64,000 bases of DNA, taken from positions 843,993-907,992 of the forward strand of contig CAWBZG010000005.1 of assembly GCA_963793245.1 (NCBI GenBank), written 5' to 3'. The notes beneath the pieces are model-generated. The model was not told the DNA's origin. It ran no database searches and saw only the letters and a list, made by a program, of their open reading frames with translations. The translations under genes were made by a program, and so were the position numbers. Shown here one piece after another: positions 57,685-64,000 of this stretch; the stretch's first letter is position 1, and every line of letters begins with the position of its first letter. Origin of the DNA: Rhodothermales bacterium. GTDB lineage: Bacteria; Bacteroidota; Rhodothermia; Rhodothermales; BA12.

Positions 57685-60132
57685 TCATCGAACGACGACA
57701 AATTGCTGCGTCGCCTGCCGCCCGTTCTGGCTCAACCGAAGCAGATAGGCACCGGGCGCCAGCGCGTCGGTCGACACCGTGACTTCGTGCGGACCGGCGG
57801 CGAACGTGCCGTCAACGACGAGCGAGACACGGCGACCAAGCACGTCGAAGGCTTCGATCAGCACGCGCCCTGCCGTCGGCGTCTCGAACGCAATGCGAGC
57901 CGAGCCGCGCGCCGGATTAGGAGCCGGAGCGTGCAGCGCCAGCCTATTGGCGGCTTGGGACTCGTCGGCGCTTGTGACCGTCGACAGAGCGAATATCTGC
58001 GTCTGGTGCGGGCCGATGTCTAGACCAGACAGCGAACTGCCTGTTGCCGTGACATCGGACGTACCGCCTTTGAGCACGTCGACTAAGGTGTGGTCTCCCG
58101 GAGCGATCAGTCCGGGCGGCAAGCCCAGCGTCATCGCACCCGACGCATCCGCCGTCAGGTTCGAGACGACCAGAACCGCCTCGCCATCCAGTTCTCGCAC
58201 AAAGGCCATGACGGAGTTGGGCGCTCCCGTAACGGCGAGGTAGTCGCCCCGGCTCAGCGCGGGCGACGCCGTCCGCGTCTGGATCAGACGCCGATAGTGG
58301 CTGAGCAGCGAGCCGTCGTCCCCAGACTGCCCTGAGACGTTCGGGACGTATAGCTGCCGTCAACGGCGATCCACGGATTGCCGCTCGTGAAGCCCGCGCC
58401 GGATGCGCCGGTCCATTGCATCGGCCGACGGATCTGCTCGTCGGGTTTGACGCCGGTCTGCCCGATCTCCTCGCCGTAGTACAGATACGGCGTTCCAGGC
58501 AACGTGAGCAGCAGCGACGCAGCGCTTCGAGCGCGGTTCTGATCGCCGCCGAGCACGCTCATCACGCGATCCTGGTCGTGGTTGGTCAGGAACGTAGCAT
58601 AGCTCAGGTGTGGATATTCGCCGTACGCCGCCTGCACGTCCGCTGCCAACCGCCGCGCGTCGCCCGAGCGGACAGCGTTGAGCATCGCCCCGGCCACGTC
58701 GAACGCGAAGCACTGCGACAGGCTACCGGGCGCGACGTACGGAAGTACGCGATCTCGGCTAGACCACGCCTCACAGACCGTGTAGGCGTCGGGATCGGCC
58801 TGCCGCGTGCGGGCGGCGAAATCGGCCCAGAGCGCGTGTGTCTGGGGGAGATCCTCGTACGTGTTGCCGTCTTCGAACAGATACTTGACCGCGTCCAACC
58901 GGAAGCCGTCTATACCCACGTCTTCGAGCCAGAAGTCGGCGGCGGAGAACAGGCTGTCGCGGACAGCAGGCGTCTCGAAGTTGAGATCCGGCATCCCGCC
59001 CCAGAACACGCCCCAGTAGAAACCGCGCGAGCCACGGTGCCACGCCGTCCCGAGCGGCCCACCCGTACTTCCAGGCGACGCGTTCCAGCGGTAGAAGTCA
59101 CGGAACGTCGCGTCGCCCTGGCTCGACGCCGTAAACCACGGATGGCGGCTCGACGAGTGGTTCATCACGTAGTCGATCACGACGCGGATGCCGCGCGCGC
59201 GTGCTTCGCGCATCAACTCGCGCATGTCCTCTATCGTGCCATAGTCCTCCTCGACGCCCCTATAGTCGGTCACGTCGTAGCCGTGGTAGCTAGGCGACGG
59301 ATTGATCGGCATCAGCCAGAGCGCGGTCACGCCCAGGTCGTCGGTCGTCGATGGGTCGCCATCGTTGAGGTAGTCGAGGCGCGAGATCAGGCCCTGCAAA
59401 TCGCCGATGCCGTCGCCGTCGGAGTCTTGGAAGCTGCGGACGAACACCTCGTAGAAGACCGCGTCGTGCCACCAGTTGGCCTCGAACGGCGGACGCTCTG
59501 CGACGGTTACGGCATCGCCGAATCGTCAGCGTGTCGGCACCTTCGGGACCGGACGCGATCAGCGTCGCATCGTACGAGCCGACGGTCGAGTAGCGCACGA
59601 CTGGACTCTGATCGGTCGAAGTAGACGGCACTCCACCCTCGAACGTCCACGTCCAGCCTGTCACGTTGCCACTGGATCGGTCTCCGAAGTAGACGACACC
59701 GCCTTCGGTCGTGCGGGCGGGCGAGGCGCGAAACTCGGCGATGGGTGGGCCGGTCGGCGGGGCTTCGTCGCTGTACCACACGCGGATCGTGTTGCCGCTG
59801 GGCAGGACGCGATACTCGCGGTTCGGCCCGGCGTTGGGAAACTCCTCGGTCCCCGCCCAACTCCCGTCGATCCGAAACTTGAACGCGATGTCGCTGCCTA
59901 CCGAGAAGCCGCCTTTGGTCAGCGCATAGACCGAGTCGCCATCGGCATCCGCCAGCCGATCACCTGCGCCGTCCCAGCCGTTGAAGCTGCCCGCCACATC
60001 GACGTATTGCGTCGCCGGATCGAACTGCCCCTCGGTGATCCGATAGCGCATGTCGACCTCGAAATCGATGGCGACGGTCTGGGCGTGCGCAACGGGCGCG
60101 GCGAGAAGAGCGAGGAGTAGGACGAGGCGCAT
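57685..60132 (-). pseudogene. Secreted alpha-amylase family (GH13) enzyme: signal peptide - CBM-like beta-sandwich - PKD - catalytic domain - T9SS C-terminal sorting domain; frame breaks near 59515 and 58335
   Basis: MRLVLLLALLAAPVAHAQ..AGSFNGWD..; PKD ..VYFGDRSSGNVTGWTWTFEGG.. | ..WWHDAVFYEVFVRSFQDSDGDGIGDLQG..YHGYDVTDY..VIDYVMNHSS..GFRLDAVKY.. | ..SLLSHYRRLIQ..; tail ..GAYLLRLSQNGRQATQQFVVVR. Confidence 0.8.
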
Positions 60133-60191
60133 CTGAGGCGGGCTGGGACTGATCTCGCCCAACGGTCGAGAGGCAGGAGCGATCCGAGACT

Positions 60192-62138
60192 CTACCCCTG
60201 ACGCCCCGCGATCAGGCTGTCGACGACGCTGGAGTCGGCGAGTGTTGAGGTGTCACCCAGGCTATCGGTTTGGTTTTCGGCGATTTTGCGTAGGATGCGG
60301 CGCATGATTTTGCCACTGCGCGTCTTGGGCAGACCGTCGGCGAACTGGATGGCGTCGGGTTTGGCAATCGGGCCGATCTGGTCGCGGACGTGCTGGATCA
60401 GCTCGGCGCGCAACTCTTCGTTGGCCTCGAAGCCGTCGCCGACCGTCACGTAGGCGTAGATGCCCTGCCCCTTGATGTCGTGCGGCATGCCGACGACGGC
60501 AGCTTCGGCGACGGCGGGGTGGAGGACGAGGGCGGATTCGATCTCGGCCGTTCCCATCCGGTGGCCGGATACGTTGATCACGTCGTCGATGCGGCCCGTA
60601 ATCCAGTAGTAGCCGTCCTCGTCGCGGCGGCAGCCGTCGCCGGTGAAGTAGCGGTTTTGGAAGTGCGAGAAATAGGTCTGCTCGAAGCGCGTGTGATCGC
60701 CGTAGACCGTTCGCGCCTGTCCGGGCCAGCTCTGCTTCATCAGCAAGATGCCCTCGCCCGGACCTTCGAGCACGACGCCGTTCTGGTCGACGACTTCGGG
60801 TACGATGCCGGGCAGTGGAAGCGTCGCCGAGCCGGGTTTGAGCGGTGTCGCACCCGGCAAGGCCGAGATAAGCACGCCGCCGGTCTCGGTCTGCCACCAC
60901 GTGTCGACGATCGGGCAGCGGCCTTGGCCGACGACGCTGTGATACCAGCGCCACGCTTCGGGGTTGATCGGCTCGCCGACGGTACCGAGCACGCGCAGGC
61001 TGCTCCGGTCGGTCGACTCGACGAACGAATCGCCCTTCGCCATCAGCGCACGGATCGCGGTTGGCGCGGTGTAGAAGAGCGTGACCTGATGCTTGTCGCA
61101 GACCTGCCAGAAGCGGCTGGCGTCGGGGAACGTCGGCACGCCCTCGAAGAAGACTTGCGTCGCGCCGTTGAGGAGCGGGCCATAGACCATGTAGGTGTGG
61201 CCCGTAATCCAGCCGACATCGGCGGTGCACCAGAACACGTCGTCCGGCTTGAGGTCGAAGACGAGTTCGTGCGTGTAGCTCGCGTAGACGAGGTAGCCGC
61301 CGGTCGTGTGGACGACGCCTTTGGGCTTGCCCGTCGAGCCGGACGTGTAGAGGATGAACAGCGGGTCCTCGGCGTCCATCGGCTCGCAGGGGACGTCGGC
61401 GGACTGACCCGAGACGGCGTCGTGGTACCACACGTCGCGTCCGTCCTGCATCGTCACGCCGCAGTTGGTGTTCTGAACGACCAAGACGGTGTCGACGTCG
61501 GGGCACATATCGAGCGCGGCGTCGGCGTTGGCTTTGAGCGGGACCGTGCGTCCGGCGCGTTTGCCTTCGTCGGCGGTGATCAAGCAGGTCGACGAACCGT
61601 CGAGGATGCGGTTGGCCAAACTGTCGGGCGAGAAGCCGCCGAACACGACCGAGTGAACGGCGCCGATCCGGGCGCAGGCCAGCATCGCATAGGCCGCTTC
61701 GGGGATCATCGGTAGGTAGATCGTGACTCGGTCGCCCTTCTGGACGCCGCGCGCTTTGAGTGCTCCGGCCAGTTTGGATACCTGCTCTTTGACCTCGGCA
61801 TAGCTGATGCGGCGCGCTTCGTCCGACGGATCGTCCGGCTCGAAGATCAACGCGGTCTTGTCGCCGTTCCCAGCCTCGACGTGTCGGTCGACGGCGTTGT
61901 AGCAGGCGTTCGTCTTGCCGCCCTGGTACCACTCGATCGACACGCCGGGCGCGTTCCAGTCGACATTCATCACCTGGTCGAACGGTTGCATCCAGTCGAT
62001 GCGCTCGGACTGCTCACGCCAGAAGCCGTCGGGATCGTCGGCGGCTCGTTTGTATAGGGCGCGGTAGGCGTCGAGCGAGCCGATGTGGGCGGCGGCGGAG
62101 AAGTCGGCTGAGGGTGAGTAGACGGCGTCGTCGGACAT
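60192..62138 (-). CDS. acs: Acetyl-CoA synthetase
   Basis: 648 aa. ..[85 protein letters not shown]. Confidence 0.95.
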   Translation of the reverse strand: MSDDAVYSPSADFSAAAHIGSLDAYRALYKRAADDPDGFWREQSERIDWMQPFDQVMNVDWNAPGVSIEWYQGGKTNACYNAVDRHVEAGNGDKTALIFEPDDPSDEARRISYAEVKEQVSKLAGALKARGVQKGDRVTIYLPMIPEAAYAMLACARIGAVHSVVFGGFSPDSLANRILDGSSTCLITADEGKRAGRTVPLKANADAALDMCPDVDTVLVVQNTNCGVTMQDGRDVWYHDAVSGQSADVPCEPMDAEDPLFILYTSGSTGKPKGVVHTTGGYLVYASYTHELVFDLKPDDVFWCTADVGWITGHTYMVYGPLLNGATQVFFEGVPTFPDASRFWQVCDKHQVTLFYTAPTAIRALMAKGDSFVESTDRSSLRVLGTVGEPINPEAWRWYHSVVGQGRCPIVDTWWQTETGGVLISALPGATPLKPGSATLPLPGIVPEVVDQNGVVLEGPGEGILLMKQSWPGQARTVYGDHTRFEQTYFSHFQNRYFTGDGCRRDEDGYYWITGRIDDVINVSGHRMGTAEIESALVLHPAVAEAAVVGMPHDIKGQGIYAYVTVGDGFEANEELRAELIQHVRDQIGPIAKPDAIQFADGLPKTRSGKIMRRILRKIAENQTDSLGDTSTLADSSVVDSLIAGRQG

Positions 62139-62248
62139 GGCAGGGTGTTCGTGTGAAGGATCGGCAAGGTAACGGACGCAGTGACGTGCGAAAGCGTTTC
62201 CGGCTGGCTGAGATCGGCACCGATGCCCCAGCGACGCGTCTCACTGAC

Positions 62249-62794
62249 ATGACTCGAATCTGCGTGTACTGCGGCTCTCGGCACGGCGCCGACCCTGATT
62301 TTACCCATGCCGCCCGAGCGCTGGGCCGTTCCATCGCCGAGCGCGGTATAGAACTCGTCTACGGCGGCGGTCACGTCGGACTGATGGGCGAGGTCGCCGA
62401 TGCAGCGCTCCAGGCGGGCGGCGAGGTAACGGGCGTCATTACCGACTATCTGGTCGGACGCGAAGTCGCGCACCGGGGGTTGACGAGCCTGGAGATCGTG
62501 TCGACGATGCACGAGCGTAAGGCACGCATGATGGAGTTGTCGGACGCGTTCGCAGTCTTGCCGGGCGGACTAGGCACGCTCGAAGAGCTGTTCGAGACGT
62601 GGACGTGGGGACACATGGGATTGCACGTCAAGCCAGTCGGATTGGTCGACGTGGGCGGCTTCTGGCAGCCGTTGCGCACGTTAATTGAGCAGCAGGTCGC
62701 AGCGGGCTTTGTCCCCGAGCGCTCGCTCGCCAACCTCCACGTGCGCGCCACGCCGGATGATCTGCTCGACGCGCTGACGGCTGACCTCGCATGA
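62249..62794 (+). CDS. LOG-family nucleotide 5'-monophosphate nucleosidase (TIGR00730-type)
   Basis: MTRICVYCGSRHG..LVYGGGHVGLMG..AFAVLPGGLGTLEELFE (PGGxGTxxE). Confidence 0.85.
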   Translation: MTRICVYCGSRHGADPDFTHAARALGRSIAERGIELVYGGGHVGLMGEVADAALQAGGEVTGVITDYLVGREVAHRGLTSLEIVSTMHERKARMMELSDAFAVLPGGLGTLEELFETWTWGHMGLHVKPVGLVDVGGFWQPLRTLIEQQVAAGFVPERSLANLHVRATPDDLLDALTADLA

Positions 62795-63324
62795 GCGGAC
62801 GGCTCCATCACCCCGATCCCGCTCTCGTCCGCGAGATTCTGCGGGGCTACACCTTGCCTATGATGGGCGATCACGGCGCCGGGCACTGGGCACGCGTGCT
62901 CGAAAACGGCTTGCGGATGGCCCCGATGACGGGCGCCGATCCGGTCGTCGTCGCCCACTTCGCCGTCTTCCACGACGCGCGCCGCGTCAACGAATACGAC
63001 GACGAACACCACGGCGAGCGCGGCTCCCAACTGGCACGCGCGATGCGCACCAAGTGGCTCTCGTTCCTATCCGACGATCAGTTCGCGCTCCTCACCCACG
63101 CCTGCGACCGCCACACCGACGGCACGACCCAAGGCGACGTAACCGTGCAGACCTGCTGGGACGCCGACCGCCTCGACCTGTGGCGCGTCAGCATCGAACC
63201 GTCCGACGTGTACCTCTGCACCGCCGCCGCCAAAAGCGACGAAATGAAAGCGTGGGCGTACAGCCGCAGCCTGTTCAAGCGCGTGCCGAATTACGTGCGG
63301 TCGGAGTGGCTGGCAGGAGACTGA
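62791..63324 (+). CDS. HD-domain-like hypothetical protein, 4-nt overlap with the LOG gene
   Basis: ..GAGHWARVLENG..AHFAVFHDARR..DEHHGERGS.. has His/Asp spacing reminiscent of HD phosphohydrolases. The family is not firmly recognised. Confidence 0.5.
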   Translation: MSGRLHHPDPALVREILRGYTLPMMGDHGAGHWARVLENGLRMAPMTGADPVVVAHFAVFHDARRVNEYDDEHHGERGSQLARAMRTKWLSFLSDDQFALLTHACDRHTDGTTQGDVTVQTCWDADRLDLWRVSIEPSDVYLCTAAAKSDEMKAWAYSRSLFKRVPNYVRSEWLAGD

Positions 63325-63365
63325 ATGCGCGGCGGTAGATTGGGCGCTGTCTTTCCCCTCTGCCG

Positions 63366-64000
63366 ATGAGCTTTCTCCCTTCCGCCTCGCGCACCCGTCC
63401 GCCCGGCTTCACGACGCGCCTGCTGGGGCGAGTCGAGACGCTAGGCAACAAACTGCCCGACCCCGCCATCCTGTTCGTCCTCGCGCTGGCGATTACGTGG
63501 GTGCTTTCGGCGATTCTCTCGGGCGTCGCGTTCGAGAGCCTGGACCCACGTACGGGCGAGGCGATTCGGGTCAACAACCTGCTGACAGGGACGGCGCTGG
63601 CCGAGTTCACGTCGAACATGGTGACCATCTTTACCGGTTTCGCGCCGCTGGGCGTCGTGCTCGTAGCGATGCTCGGCGTCGGCGTGGCGGACTCGGCGGG
63701 GTTCTTCAACACGGCGATCAAGCTGATGCTGAGTAAAACGTCGGCGAGCCTGCTGGCGCCGATGGTCGTGCTCGTTGGCATTTTTAGCAGCAGCGCCGTC
63801 GACGCGGGCTACGTGCTCGTGATTCCGCTGGGAGGCATCATCTTTCACGCGGCAGGACGGCACCCCATTGCAGGCGTCGCGGCAGCGTTCGCGGGTGTGT
63901 CGGGCGGATTCAGCGCCAACCCCGCGCCGTCGGCCCTCGACCCGCTGTTGCAGGGCTTTACGCAACCGGCGGCGCAGATCATCGACCCGTCGATCCTCGT
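63366..64000 (+). CDS. AbgT-family transporter, N-terminal part (continues past the window)
   Basis: Manual translation from ATG 63366: MSFLPSASRTRPPGFTTRLLGRVETLGNKLPDPAILFVLALAITWVLS..FAPLGVVLVAMLGVGVADSAGF..SSAVDAGYVLVIPLGG.. Confidence 0.75.
   Translation, partial: MSFLPSASRTRPPGFTTRLLGRVETLGNKLPDPAILFVLALAITWVLSAILSGVAFESLDPRTGEAIRVNNLLTGTALAEFTSNMVTIFTGFAPLGVVLVAMLGVGVADSAGFFNTAIKLMLSKTSASLLAPMVVLVGIFSSSAVDAGYVLVIPLGGIIFHAAGRHPIAGVAAAFAGVSGGFSANPAPSALDPLLQGFTQPAAQIIDPSIL

Noticed and set aside
1-60132. Programmed ribosomal frameshifting or recoding as an explanation for the frame breaks
   Set aside because: There are no shared slippery heptamers or downstream structures. The breaks occur at heterogeneous sequences, in both directions, and sometimes in compensating pairs a few dozen codons apart.
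60262-61932. 556-aa minus-strand ORF in an alternative frame of acs
   Set aside because: The acs frame gives textbook AMP-forming ligase motifs. The alternative frame is Arg/Pro-rich with no motifs.

Overview
GC-rich (~65%) bacterial chromosomal segment. It looks like a Rhodothermia/Bacteroidota-type organism: a secreted amylase carries a T9SS-type C-terminal tail, and LysM-MltD, Mla and FtsX permease genes are present. I can support about 55 protein genes, one tRNA-Cys, a few hairpin terminators and several repeat families. Most of the window is housekeeping: nrdJ, ruvA, metK, acpP-fabF, acs, a speA-aguB-aguA polyamine cluster, mlaFED and a serA-like gene. The one clearly accessory, conflict-type locus is a three-gene TerB / DUF2791-type ATPase / Lhr-type helicase cassette at 24.3-30.5 kb. 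I recognise it as Shango-like (SngA/B/C), a system that has a name but no known mechanism. Other notable items follow. A DUF4258/DUF2283-HTH toxin-antitoxin mini-island sits at the 3' end of fabF between 27-bp direct repeats. A modular hairpin-rich intergenic repeat family occurs at five loci and brackets both the Shango helicase gene and aguB. There is a GluR0-type ligand-gated K+ channel. About 25 single-base frame interruptions are spread over roughly 11 otherwise conserved genes, which looks like consensus indel error rather than decay. All calls come from reading translations and motifs by eye. No database search was run, and frameshift coordinates are approximate to within about 20 nt.
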